Part shown: in pieces, positions 25,060 to 37,734 of the stretch
Numbering within the stretch: the first letter of the stretch is position 1
Layout: each line of letters starts with the position of its first letter
From: Octopus vulgaris
Taxonomy: Eukaryota
Reading direction: 5' to 3'
Length of the DNA: 64,000 nucleotides
Assembly: GCA_951406725.2 (NCBI GenBank)
Contig: OX597818.1
Location: 95,418,001-95,482,000, forward strand
Program-made: the position numbers and the translations under genes
The notes under the pieces: model-generated
Told to the model about the DNA's origin: nothing
What the model saw: only the letters and a program-made list of their open reading frames with translations
Databases searched by the model: none

Positions 25060-25312
25060 TCTTTCATCTTTCTGGTCAGGTAAACCAACACAATTGTTGA
25101 ATTTGGGAAAAATCAAAACCAGCAGAAATTCTTGAACATGAATGAGACTCTCTGAAGCTGGTAGTATAGTGTGCCATGGGCAAGTGAATGATGCACTCAC
25201 AAAAACTGCAAAGCCTGAGGTGTCAAATGCTGATGGCCTCACGTCTCTCCGAAAGATACCTGAAACAAAATAGAAAAAAGAAAGTGAATAGTGACTTTTG
25301 GGACACCCTGTA
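25060..25312 (-). mobile_element. Tc1/mariner terminal fragment
   Basis: minus strand begins TA-cagggtgtcccaaaagtcactattcac, a typical Tc1/mariner TIR start. Confidence 0.5.
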
Positions 25313-25389
25313 TATATAATGCAAAAACACCCTGCGGACTATAATAGTCATTAAAATAGAAATATAATGCTTTGTGTATGACCCTATTT

Positions 25390-26200
25390 CAATAATGTTA
25401 TGTTCCTGCTATAGTTATAGTTACAATATAGCTACAGCTCCAACATGACTATAGTGCCATGTTGTTACGGCTCCTCACTCAGCTCTAGTTCTAAGATATT
25501 TATAATTCCAATCATAACATAGTTCATATGTATTTATAATTCAAACATAGTAGCAGTTCAAACATACAGTTCCAATATATCTTTATCACCAATATATGTA
25601 CAGCTTCAATGTATTTGTAGTTCCAACATAGTTACTGTTCCAATATAATTGTAGTTACAATATATCTAATAGCTTCAATGTATGTATGGTTCCAATCAGG
25701 GACATGCTGCCTACGTAACCAAGGTAGGCAATGCCTTATGAATAAAATAGATCGGTAGCAACATTTTCCTTTTATGGTAAAATATGCACCTAATTCAATA
25801 AAATTATGAAGGTTACTCTGGTTACTAATGCATAAAATGCAAAATATTTTATTTTTTTGTAGATTAGGTAGGCATAATTTGCCCCTGCCTTTCAATCTCA
25901 GTATTTAAGCTATTCATAGCTGTAGAACACATACTGCATACATTCCTACAACGTTTTCTCTCATGCTATAGAGGCAGAAGTAAATCTGCCTTCAACTCAG
26001 TCGCTTGCCTGTGTTTCACTTATTTTCCATGTGTTTTACTACATAAAGGTCGCCAACTGCCTACCTTGAGTAATTACTGATGGCACGTGCCTCATTCCAA
26101 CATACTTATAGTGCCATATTTCATAGTTCCAACATTGTTACAGTTCCAGTGTATTCATAGTCCCAATATAGTTTCACTTTTAATATATTAATAATGTTTT
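25390..26200 (+). repeat. Degenerate about 20-bp minisatellite interrupted by the hAT-like element (also 24150-24290)
   Basis: recurring tagttacagttccaacata-like units. Confidence 0.55.
25697..26092 (+). mobile_element. About 400-bp non-autonomous DNA transposon (hAT-like), copy 1
   Basis: cagggacatgc...gcacgtgcct ends; internal ggtaggca/tgcctacc motifs; homologous, inverted, to 40738-41138. Confidence 0.7.
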
Positions 26201-26269
26201 AACATTGCATATTTAAGTTTAAAAACCCAGCAAAAAATGTTCCCAATAATTTGTATATATTTTTTCCAG

Positions 26270-26386
26270 CACATAATTTTAGCTGCTCGCTCCTTCCTGA
26301 CTTATCTGATTCCTGACCTTCCAAGATGGATAGAAATTGAAGTGTATAAGGAAAGATATGAAGCTAAGAAAGCTTTAGAGAAAGTT
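26270..26386 (+). CDS. ANO10: Anoctamin-10 exon (117 bp; not in ORF track)
   Basis: tttttccag/gtaagt; translated by hand as HIILAARSFLTYLIPDLPRWIEIEVYKERYEAKKALEKV (anoctamin EH...IPD.P.W motif). Confidence 0.92.
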
Positions 26387-26434
26387 GTAAGTCAATGATT
26401 CATTTTATTTTGTTTCTGATGTTATGTTTGAGAG

Positions 26435-26730
26435 CTATGGTTGGTGTGACACGGATGGACTGGATGAGGAATGAGGAGGTACGAAGATGAGCTGGAATGA
26501 GAGAAAAACTAACAACCAAAATGGATAGACAAACGTTGAGGTGGTTTGGCCACATGGAGAGGATGGATGAGGAGTGGATGGTAAGGTGGGTGATGAAGGC
26601 AGAAGTGGTTGGCAGCAGAACAAGAGGCAGACCTCAGTTTGTGTGGATGGACAGAAGTGTTGGAGTGAAAGAGGCAAGAGAATTTATAAATGATTGGAAA
26701 GGTTGGAGAGTGTTTGTGAACAGATGAGTG
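26435..26730 (+). mobile_element. RTE LINE C-terminal fragment
   Basis: LRWFGHMERMDEEWMVRWVMKAEVVGSRTRGRPQFVW. Confidence 0.75.
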
Positions 26731-27861
26731 AATTTGATGTTGCTCAAAGGGGTATGGAACCAACATGATGCAGCATATGATGTCAGGCTCCCCTGCTGAT
26801 ATTGGGGGTTGTGTTGTATGCTTTGACCCAAGCATAGAATGGGGCTCACCTCTTTGAGCTAGGAAATGAATGGAATGCCTAGTGTGTGTCTTGTTGTGGT
26901 TACCTCCTCCCCAAAAAAATGGAGAATAGGCCTGGGTATATATATATATATATTTTGAAAATTTAAAAAACACCAGAGTATGAATAACTTGATTATAAAT
27001 GAAGGTGGCTGTGAGAACAGTGGTTCTATTGGAGGAGGTTATTGTAATGATAATGTTGATGATAATGATGATGAGCGGAAGACGGAGGAGGAGTATGACA
27101 TTAATGGTGGGTGAGTAGTAATGATTGCTTTCTACTGATCAAAATCATTCTTGTTGTGACCACTCTGTTTTTGTAAGGACCATCTTAGATAATATATTAT
27201 TATACATTGTCTAAAATGGTCCTTCTCTTTTATAATAGTTGTGTGTGACATGAGGGAAGTTTATTTACTGTTTCTTTCTAGTCGAACAGCTCCATCCCCA
27301 CTCCCATAAAGATGCCTTAATTTGTAGCAAATGATGGTGATGTTAACGGTTGTTTTCATGATGATTATTTTGATACTGGTTTGGGTGAAGATGATTTATT
27401 GTGGAAGAAAAGGAGGAGTCTGATGGAAATGGAACTGATGATAATTGTCGTAGTTTCAGCTAGTTCTGACTGAATAAACTTAGAAGCATTGATACTGTAG
27501 CAGGTCTCTGTCTAGAATTTGAAACCAGGACGTGTAATTTCTAAATTAGGAGGACACACCAAATTGATGATGTCAGCAGCTAAAAAACACAAACTAATGA
27601 CACTCAGCAACTACACATTAAATGAACTGATGATGTAACCATTAAACTGGCCAATCAGAGTTGCTGAGGATGATCAGTCAACTTTGACATAAATGGCAAA
27701 CTAAGAAAACAACAAGAGAACAGAATGCAGTCATGCATTCACATTAGGCCACTGTTCAATATCAACTGATATTTGACTGCCAGAACTATCAAATATGAAG
27801 AGCCTGTCATCTAAAAGACATGAACTGCAACTAACTTAAGAGTTACACTGTGACAATTGAC

Positions 27862-27906
<45 letters not shown>

Positions 27907-27966
27907 GTTCACATAACTACAGAATCAATCCACAACCAAAGAGAGATCATCTTGAGTTTTATACCT

Positions 27967-28193
27967 TAACCCTTTAGCATTCAGGCTACTCTGTCAAATG
28001 TAATGCTTATTTATTCACGTTATTTTGAATTAATCATACATTATCTTACAGCTTTGCGATTTTGATGAGGTAACTCTTAATTTTTAGAAAGATATTGTAG
28101 GGTTAGTGGGAGAGGCCACATCTGGCTAGTTTGAACATAGAAGAGGTAGAATATTTTGGCCGAATATAACCAGTTTAAATGCTAAAGGGTTAT
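27967..28193. mobile_element. piggyBac-like MITE (related copies about 33122-33325 and 53797-54008)
   Basis: ttaaccctttagcatt...aaatgctaaagggtta ends (TTAA-CCCTTT type termini); interiors homologous. Confidence 0.7.
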
Positions 28194-28735
28194 TCCAGTA
28201 TAAAGCTTATTAAATATTGTAACCAACGATATCAGTGAATTAGGAAAATGCTCTGGCTATGGGCTGGTTCTTTAGTTATGTGAACATGAGTGAGAGAGAG
28301 ATTGAGTGAAATGCAAATGCCATCTGCCACAGACATACACACATATATCATATATAACTATCATTATCATCATCATCATCATCGTTTTATGGCTGCTTTC
28401 CATGTTGATATGGGTTTAACTCTTCATCATAGACTGAGTCATTTCTTATTGGAAGCCACTGATCTCATAGAGTGCCTGACACTTGTAAAGTCCATTTCCT
28501 TCATTAACCAAGGCACAAAACTCTGCCTGCATAACATCTATCATCAACATGTCAACAGCAACTTTTTAAGACTATGCTAAGAATTTCTTGGTGTTAGAAC
28601 ATCACAAACGAATGTCATAGAAAATACCAGGTTGAGTAATTTACCAGATACGATCAGTGTAAGATGGTAGATACTATCACTTTAAGACGTATCCCCTCCA
28701 CCCAAATTACTGGCCTTCTACCAAAATTTGAAACC

Positions 28736-28770
<35 letters not shown>

Positions 28771-28773
<3 letters not shown>

Positions 28774-28990
28774 GGTGGTGAGCTGGTAGAATCATTAGCA
28801 TGCCAGGTGAAATGCTTTGCAGTATTTCATCTGCCACTACATTCTGAGTTCAAATTCTGCTGAGGTCAACTTTGCATTTCATCCTTTCGGAGTTGATAAA
28901 TTAAGTACAAGTTGAATACTGGGTACAATGTGATTGACTGTCCTCCTCCCCACAAAACCCAGGCCTTATGCCTATAGTAGAAAGGATTAT

Positions 28991-29022
<32 letters not shown>

Positions 29023-29650
29023 AGGTGGTGAGCTGGCAGAATTGTTAGCATGCTGGGTGAAATGCTTAGTGATATTTTGTCTACTGCTACGTTCTGAGTT
29101 CAAATTCTGCCATGGTCAACTTTGCTTTTCATCCTTTCAGGGTCGATAAATTAAGTAACAGTGAAACACGGGGTTCGATGTAATCAACTAGTCCCCTCCC
29201 CTAAATTTCAGGTCTTGAACCTATAGTAGAAAGGATTATTATTATTATTACTTCTACTACTAAGGCGGCAAGCTGGTAGAATTGTTAGCACGCTGGGCGA
29301 AATGCTTAGCAGCATTTCATCCATCTTGATGTTCTGAGTTCAAATTCCACTGAGGTCGACTTTGCCTTTCATCCTTTAGGTGTCAGCAAAATAAGTACTA
29401 GTTGAGAACTAAGGATGATGTAATAAACTTGTCCCCACACCCCAAAATTTCAGGCCTTGTGCCTGTAGTAGAAAGGATTATGAATTATTGTTATTTAAGG
29501 CAACAAGCAAGCAGAATCATTTATCGACCCTGAAAGGATGAAAAGCAAAGTTGATCTCGCCAGAATTTGAACTCGGAATGTAGCAGCAGACAAAATATCA
29601 CTAAGCATTTCACCCAGCAGGCTAACGATTCTACCAGCTCACCGCCTTAT

Positions 29651-29682
<32 letters not shown>

Positions 29683-29860
29683 ATCTTTAGTATGTTGGGT
29701 AAAGTACTCAGCAGCATTTCATCTGTCTTTACGTTCTGAGTTCAAATTCTCCTGAGGTCGACTTTGCCTTTCTTCCTTTCGTAGTTGATAAAATAAGTAC
29801 CAGTCAAGTACTGGGGTTGATGTAATTGACTTGCCCCTCACCTCAAAATCTGCTGGCCCA
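28771..29860 (+). mobile_element. Head-to-tail array of tRNA-derived SINE family A, with one inverted copy at about 29520-29650
   Basis: repeated aaggcggcgagctggcagaatcgttagc...gagttcaaattc (B box)...gcctttcatcctttcggggtcgataaattaagtacc units separated by (TAT)n/(TAC)n. Confidence 0.85.
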
Positions 29861-30532
29861 GTACCAACATTGGGGCTAATGTAGATTCGTACCTCACCTT
29901 GAAAAATGCATTTTTCTGAACAAGTTTTATTCGGATTCCTAGGTTTTGCGTATTGGAGATTAAACCCCCACCCTCAAACTATCCCCCTCCCTCCAATTTT
30001 AAATGTGTTGTTGTATATTAAAGTATGGAAATTTCATTAAGTAGGTATGTAATGTGGAAAAATACAGGGATTTTAACAATATCAAAACAACAATTTCTAT
30101 ATTTTAGCCAAATGAACACAGAAGTGCACTTTACATACCTGCTTTAATGAAATTTCCACACTTCAGTATACAACAATACAGTTTAATACAGTTCTATATT
30201 TAAGAGATGAGGAATTATGTACATTATTTACATTCGATGGATATTTGTCCTCATCTTGTCCTCAGCTGTTATACCCTCCAGCCTTCATCAGGTGTCTTGG
30301 GGAAATTTCGAACCTGGGTTCTCATTCCTAAGGTATTTTTCAATGTTATTGTTATTATTATTAACCACTATTATTAACCAGTATGCCACGGGCATATGGC
30401 ATACTGGTTAAGAGCGTGGGCTACTAACCCCAAGATTCCGAGTTTAATTCCAGGCAGCTAATATTTTACAACCAAGATACAAATGAATAAAACTGCTTTG
30501 TTATTTTCTAATTTCTTTTTTTTTTTTTCCAG

Positions 30533-30583
30533 AAAATTCAAAATGCCATGAAAAGAAAACATGAGCAGCAAGCAACTTCTTAA
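30533..30583 (+). CDS. ANO10: Anoctamin-10 probable terminal coding exon
   Basis: long T tract + ccag at 30531-30532; phase 0; KIQNAMKRKHEQQATS then TAA. Confidence 0.72.
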   Translation, partial: KIQNAMKRKHEQQATS

Positions 30584-31009
30584 GTAAACACTATATCGGA
30601 TGAGGTATAAAGTGTACATTACACACACACAAACACACATACCCATGCTGCAGACATATATCAATAACTCATACTAATCTAAAGATGATTTCAGTAATGT
30701 CGTGCCTTCATTAAAAATTCTGAGTTCCTCACTTCTTATAACATCTGATATCAATAACCTTTCATTTTTAAGATACACCAAAACATGAAATATTTTAGTG
30801 AACAATTGAACACCCGTCCACCTTTTAATCTATATTTATATGAAATAAATTGACTGAACTGCTGAAAGCATCTATTGAAGAAATGAACTTTTAAATTAAG
30901 CCTCACAGATGGTAGAAGTAGTAGTGGTAGTGGTAGTAGTAGTAGTAGTAGTAGTAGTAGCAGTAGTAGCAGCAGCAGCAGCAGCAGTGGCAGCAGCAGC
31001 AACAGCAGC

Positions 31010-31343
31010 AGTAATTTCAAATTTTGATACACCCAACTTTCTTTGAGGGGAGGGAGAGGTCAATTACATCAACCCCAGTACTTGACCAGTACCTACTTTA
31101 CCAACCCTGAAAGGGTTTAAGGCAAAGATGACCTCAGCAGAATTTGAACTCAAAATCTAAAGACAGATGAAATGTCACATTTCATACATCTCTGTGTTCT
31201 GAGTTCAGATTCCCCTGAGGCTGATTTTGCCTTTCATCCTCCCAGAATTAATAAAATAAGTACGTATTGACTGATGGGGTTCGATGTAATCGACTTATCC
31301 CCTCCCTTGAACTTGCTGGCCATGTGCCAAAACTTGAAACCAA

Positions 31344-31379
<36 letters not shown>

Positions 31380-32170
31380 GGCGGCGAGCTGGCAGAATCA
31401 TTAGCACGCTGGATGAAATGCTTAACAGTATTTCACCTGTTGCTGCATTCTGAGTTCAAATTCCACTGAAGTTGACTTTGCCTTTCCTCTTTTTGGGGGT
31501 CGATGTAATCAACTTAATCCCCTCACCTAAAGCTGTCCTTGTGGCAAAAATTTGAAATAATAATTATTATTAAGGCAACGAACTGGTAGAATCGTTAGCA
31601 CACTGGATGAAATGCTTGGAGATATTTCGCCCATCTCTACGTTCTGAGTTCAAATTCTGTCATGGTCGACTTAGCCCTTCATCCTTTCGAGATCAATAAA
31701 ATAAGTACCAGTTGAACACTGGGGTCGATGTAGTCAACTCATCCCCTCCCCCAAAATTGCTGCCCTTGTGGCAAAATTTGGAACTATTATTATTATTGTT
31801 GTTATTATTATTAAGGCTGCAAGCTGGCAGAATCGTTAGCACATCAGGCAAAATGCTTAGCGGTATTTCGCCCATCGCTATGTTCTCAGTTCAAATTCCA
31901 CCGAGGTTGACTTTGCCTTTCATCCTTTTGGGATTGATAAATTAAGTACCAGTGAAACACTGGGGTCAATGTAATTGACTAGTCCCCTCCCTCAAAATTT
32001 CAGGCCTTGTGTCTTTAGTAGAAATAATTATTATTATCAAGCTGCGAACTAGTAGAGTCGTTAATATGCTGGACAAAATACTTTGCCATATTTCATCTAT
32101 CTTACATTCTGAGATTGAGGTTGACTTTGCCTTTCATGCTTTTTGAGGTGGATAAAAAAAAATACCAGTT
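31010..32170 (+). mobile_element. Second SINE family A array downstream of the ANO10 stop; first copy inverted
   Basis: same unit as 28771-29860; minus-strand copy about 31010-31175 followed by about five plus-strand copies. Confidence 0.85.
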
Positions 32171-33506
32171 AAGCACTTCTCAGAATTATTCAACTATAAT
32201 TATAGATAAGGACTATCAAGACATAGTTAATGAAAGTTGGTAATTAGAAGAGCCAAATCATCTCCAGATCGAATAGTTGAGAAATTCTTCCATTATATCT
32301 CAAGCTGGTGCTAGACCAAATAACTACTGATAATAAGTAAAGTGAGCTCCTGGATACTAAGGAATTTTAGCTAAAATTACACCATGAATAAGAAAATAAA
32401 CATAACCTTAGTAGTCAAGCTCAGAATATAATAAAAAATAATTAGAAATAGAATGCAGGAAATGAATCTCAGAAATGAGAAGAATTACTGTTAACCTCTC
32501 GAAACAAGGGAGATAATACGAAGGTATGCCAAGTTAATTCCCCTGAAAATGTCTGCCAACCAACACCGACAACCTCTGCTAAACAATATAATGTAATTTA
32601 AGAGATAAAAATTAAATGGAATCCACACGAAAGTTAATTACACAGATTCAAGAGTCGTTTACTAACATAGAAACAAATGCATTTATTCACTTTTATTGTA
32701 ACTGAAAATCATTTAAAATTTTTACTTTGTACTTTATAATCTAACGTTGTTATAGCTAAACCGTCATATCGAACAAAATTATTCGAGAATCAGTGCATAT
32801 ATATATATATATATATAGTAACTAACACCCCTGACAAACTACCTTGGTGCTTAATCTTGTTTTTACACTTGTTAAGATTTACAAAATGTTTACGAATGAA
32901 ACTTTATAAAAGTTAACTTGTACTTTTTAAAACGTATTTTATAATAACTAATGAATAATAAATATGGTTTTAGATTTTTAATTCGTGTTTTATCTTGTTT
33001 TAAACATTTTTGTTCTGCTTGTTTTCTCAATCCTTCCATCTTGGATGTAAATTACACATCTGAGCAAGACTCGTAACCTTACCACTTCAGTCATGTTTGC
33101 TATAGTTGAAGATATGTTACTTTTAACTCTTTAGCATTCAGATTACTCTAGTTTATTCACATTGTTTTGAATTAATCGTGTATTATCGCATAGCTTTGAG
33201 ATTCCAATAATGGGATTCTTTGTTTTTAGAATGACGTTGTAGAGTAGGTGTGAGAGGCCAGTTTGAACATAAAACAGGACAAAATTTTGGGGTCAGATAT
33301 GGCAATTTAAATGCAAAGAGATTAAAGAAGCAGGGACGACCAATTTGGCCACCACACAGGACTGCCAAAACCCATACTATCTCAAATTAGTTTGTTTTGT
33401 TAAGAGGTCCCTCACCAGTTTCGTGTTTCAAAGGAAAGAAGGGTATCCAAGTGTTAAAAAATATTTACTCCTGCAAATAGAGATCTGCTCCTGTAAAGGT
33501 TGAGAT

Positions 33507-34794
33507 GTATATTAAAAACTTTTCATTTTATCAAAAATGTTCATTTAACAAACTCCAGAAACTGATAGTATTCTTGAAGTTGCACCTTATATCATAAGCC
33601 TCAAAGTTATAGAGCTATTTGGTCTAATAGCATTTATTCATTCAATAAATAATTTTTTTATATTATGTATATAGAAAAAATTGGGTTTTACAAAAAGCAA
33701 ATCAAAACTTGAAATGAATATATATTAAATTATCATTAATGAAAATAGAGGCTTTATAACAACTGATAAACATATTTAAAGACTATAAAAACTGCTAGTT
33801 GTATATTGTATCATGTCAAAGTTTCATTAAGTTATTAGTTTAAATGATGGCAAGCTACACCTTAAAGATTACAAACGGAAACAACTTGAGTTTTCCTCCT
33901 GTGTATCACTTATAATTCTTTTGTACAATAACTGTTTCCATCTTTTGAATCTAAGTTCTGAATCTGTTATTGAAGAAAGATATTTTTTACAATCGTTATG
34001 GTAAAGAAAATAAATTACAAAAGTAAAAGTCGTCTACATTAGGAAATTACAAATTTTTATATATTATTGTCACCACCATCATCATAATCATCTTTTAACA
34101 TCCATCTTCCATGCTGGCATGGGTCAGATGGTTTGACAGGATCGAGCAGGTATAAAGATGATGTAATATTCCAACATCAGCATGGTTTCTACAACTGGAT
34201 AACAATTCAGTGTATGCAACTGAAACATCCAGTTAAAAAGATACGTCTAATATATAATGGAGAAAGCTGCTTATTAATTAGGTATGCAACAGTTACTAAA
34301 AGAAAGCAATTATTTAAAGGCTTGATTGTCTGGAAATTTTGTTTTTTATAAATTCATGTGCCAAGAAATTTCCTGTAATTTCGATTTCTGAAGTTTATTA
34401 AATATTTGAACTACAAGTTCTTCACAAGTTTAAATATTCATTGCATTCATTGTGGAGTAGATTTAATAAACAATATTAATTCATTGCAGGTGAAATTTTC
34501 CATTTTCATTTGCAACAGTCTCTCACTCTCTCTCGCCTCTACTTCCATTAATGATAATTTAATATATATTCATTTCAATGTTTTCATTTCAAGTTTTGAT
34601 TTGCTTTTTGCAAAAACCATTTTTTTCTATATACATAATGTAAAAAAATTATTTATTGAATGAATAAATGCTGTTAGACAAAATAGCTGTATAACTTTGA
34701 GGCTTATGAGATGAGGTGCAACTTCAAGAATAATATCAGTTTTTGGAGTTTGTTAAATGAACATTTTTGATAAAATGAACATTTTTTAATATAC
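33507..34794. repeat. Long inverted repeat, arms about 33507-33752 and 34535-34794
   Basis: e.g. aatgttcatttaacaaactcc...ttcttgaagttgcacc vs ggtgcaacttcaagaa...ggagtttgttaaatgaacatt. Confidence 0.85.
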
Positions 34795-35307
34795 TGGTAT
34801 AATTTTTCTTTTTTAAATTAAGAAGTGATTTAGTTGGTATGGCTGTTTGGAACACTATAAGCCTTACAATAATAACTATGTGATTGCTGCTATTTCTAGT
34901 ATGTTTAAAAAAAATTGTTTAAAAAGTTTGTTTAAATTAGAGATATATTACAACTATGATAAATTACTGAAATATTTACTAAGCGAGATTTTTTATAAAT
35001 TGAAGTTTTTAGGAAAATTTACTTTCTGAACTTCCTCTTATTGAATATTTCAAGTTCACAAATTTAAATATTTGGTACAATATAGTTTTTAAAAAAGCTT
35101 TTATTTATATGATTTTTTTCATTTCGTGTTTATTTCATTTATTGTTTGCAATGTTCTCTCTCATTCTCTCTCACTCACACACACACACTGTCTCTCTAAT
35201 ATAAACACACACATGCCAGGTTTGACTAGCAGAAAACCGTCTGAAGGGTGGTCTTTCTACTAGTATATATAATTCAAATATATATATATGTTACATACAT
35301 ATATATA

Positions 35308-35454
35308 GGTGCAAGAGTATGGTAAGAAGCTTGCTTTCCAACCACATTGTTCTGGTTTCAGTTCCATTGCATGGCACCTTGGTTGCCTTCTACTATAGCC
35401 TCGGGCCGACCAAAACCTTGCGAATGGTTTTGGTAGATGGAAACTGAAAGAAGC

Positions 35455-35501
<47 letters not shown>

Positions 35502-35720
35502 GTGTGTGTGTTTGTGTATGTATATATTTGTGTGTGTCTGTGCTTGTCTCCCCCACCATCACTTGACAACTGATGTTGGTGTATTTGTCTCCATAACTTA
35601 GCAGTTCAGCATAAGAGACCAATAGAATAAGTACTAGGCTTAAAAAGAATAAGAACTGGGGTTGATTTGTTTGACTAAAGGTGGTGCTCCAGCATGGCCA
35701 CAGTCAAATGACTGTAAAAG
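35308..35720 (+). mobile_element. tRNA-derived SINE family B (others near 16053-16220, 14220-14365, 51680-51830, 63175-63330)
   Basis: ggtaagaagcttgctttccaaccac...ttcagttccattgcatggcaccttgg...ggtagatggaaactgaaagaagccc head, internal TA/TG tract. Confidence 0.75.
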
Positions 35721-37532
35721 AATATACATATGTATGTATATACCCAATCTCAAGAGAATAAGCCTTATAAAGCAGATGACTAAGGACTGAGATATCTGGC
35801 GCATTACTGTACTCAAGAGCAGTGAGCTGGCAGAAATGTTAGCGCACCAGGTGAAATGCTTAGCGGTATTTCGTCTGCCGTTACGTTCTGAGTTCAAACT
35901 CCACCGAGGTCAACTTTGCCTTTCATCCTTTCGGGGGATAAATTAAGTACCAGTTAAGTAATCGACTTAATCCATTTGTCTGTCCTTGTTTGTCCCCTCT
36001 ATGTTTAGCCCCTTGTGAGCAATAAAAAAATAAGAGCATTCATTTGCCACAGCAGAATTGACACCAGTGCTGATGGCACATAAAAGCACTCATACTAGTG
36101 CCACATTCAAAACACAGGTGATGGTGCCACTCAAAAAGCATCCAGTACACTCTGTGGAGTGGTTGGATTGAGGAAGGACATCAAGCCGTAGAAGCCATGC
36201 CAGAACAGACAATAGAGCTTGGTGAGGACCCTGGCCCAACCAGCTCTGGTCAAACCATCCAACCCATGCCGGCATGGAAAATGGACATTAAAGGATGATG
36301 ATGATATGTGTTATTAAAAAAAAATGGACTAATGTTTCTTGATCAAATGAAATATTTAGCTCTACACTTGTGTGAAATTCCTTGTTCGTTTACATTACTC
36401 AGTGTTTTTAAGGTATCTTATAAACACACAAACCATCTGTATGGATATGTGTGCACATGCATACACATATATGTGCACATAACAGATACAGTAATTGAAA
36501 ACAAGTAAAACAAAAAAAATCAACCAGAAACTAGTTTTGGAAGGTCTTTATTCACCAATTTGGTTTTACCAATAAACTGTTTCTTAAAGAAATTTGTTGC
36601 AGTCAAAAATATAAAATTGTTTGTTTGTTATTGTTGTTGTTTTTATGGAGCTTTGATGGTCAAAGGGGGCTGGAGTAGAGCAATGAAAAAGCATTTAGTA
36701 ACATATATCTATATATATTTAATATATATAATGTTACCAGTGTTGGGTCTAGCTGTAAGAAATTAATTCTGCAAATAGATTAATTAGAAATTAATATTAT
36801 TCATCTGGTTCTGTTTGATCATTTTTTTAAAATTACATTTTTTTATTTACTTTGTTTTTTTCATGTGTCTGTGTGTTTATGTTTGTGTGAGTGTGTATGG
36901 AGTTTTCTGTATTTCTGTATAGTTTTCAAAAAAGAGCTATGTTGGCCTTGTTGAAACCAGCTTCAGTTGACCAAATTTCTTACACTAGATCCCAGTGGAA
37001 CGCTGCTGAAGATATACACTCTTTTTACTACCAGCCATTGAAGAGTTAACAGAAGAACAGAGAAAATCCTGACAAAAAAATGTTATGCCATTCGGTATTT
37101 GAACTTTCTTCCTTGCCCTCCACTCCACTGCTAATTCAGCCTTCTTGCCTTCCTAATTTCTGCATACCTCTCCCTCCATCTCGCTCGCTTCCAAGTCTTC
37201 TTCCAGTGGCTTTACAAGAAGAAAAAAATTAACAAGTTTAAGTTGAGTTGATTTTAGTCCCTCAACTCAAACCCAACCTTGTATATCTCAGATAATTGGT
37301 CAATCAGTCGGTCAGTCAGGCAGTTAGTCAACATTGACATATCTGTCTATATATGTCTTTGCTAATTTATTCTTCAACAATAAAATCTCCTCATCTGGGC
37401 ATAAACAAAATCACAGTCGTGATACCAATTCCAAATTTCAAACAGATGGGAGCTTTATTTTCAAAGACATGAAATTTCTATTTATCATTATTATTATTAT
37501 TATTGTTATCGTCAACATCGACATCATCAATA

Positions 37533-37570
<38 letters not shown>

Positions 37571-37734
37571 GCAAACAGTAATATTTTGAATGTTTTGTTT
37601 TTTTTTTTTTTTGGCTGAGAGTTAGAGAAAAAAAGCGAGACTCAAGAGAAGAACTCAACTCCTCTGATAATACTCAAGTGTACTCAAGTGGAAGGGAGGG
37701 GTTCAACAAAAATGGAAGGTGCTGACAGACACAG

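Noticed and set aside
28771-32170. Regularly repeated units that superficially resemble a CRISPR array
   Set aside because: Eukaryotic context; units are about 240-bp diverged SINEs with microsatellite spacers, not short identical repeats with unique spacers; no cas genes.
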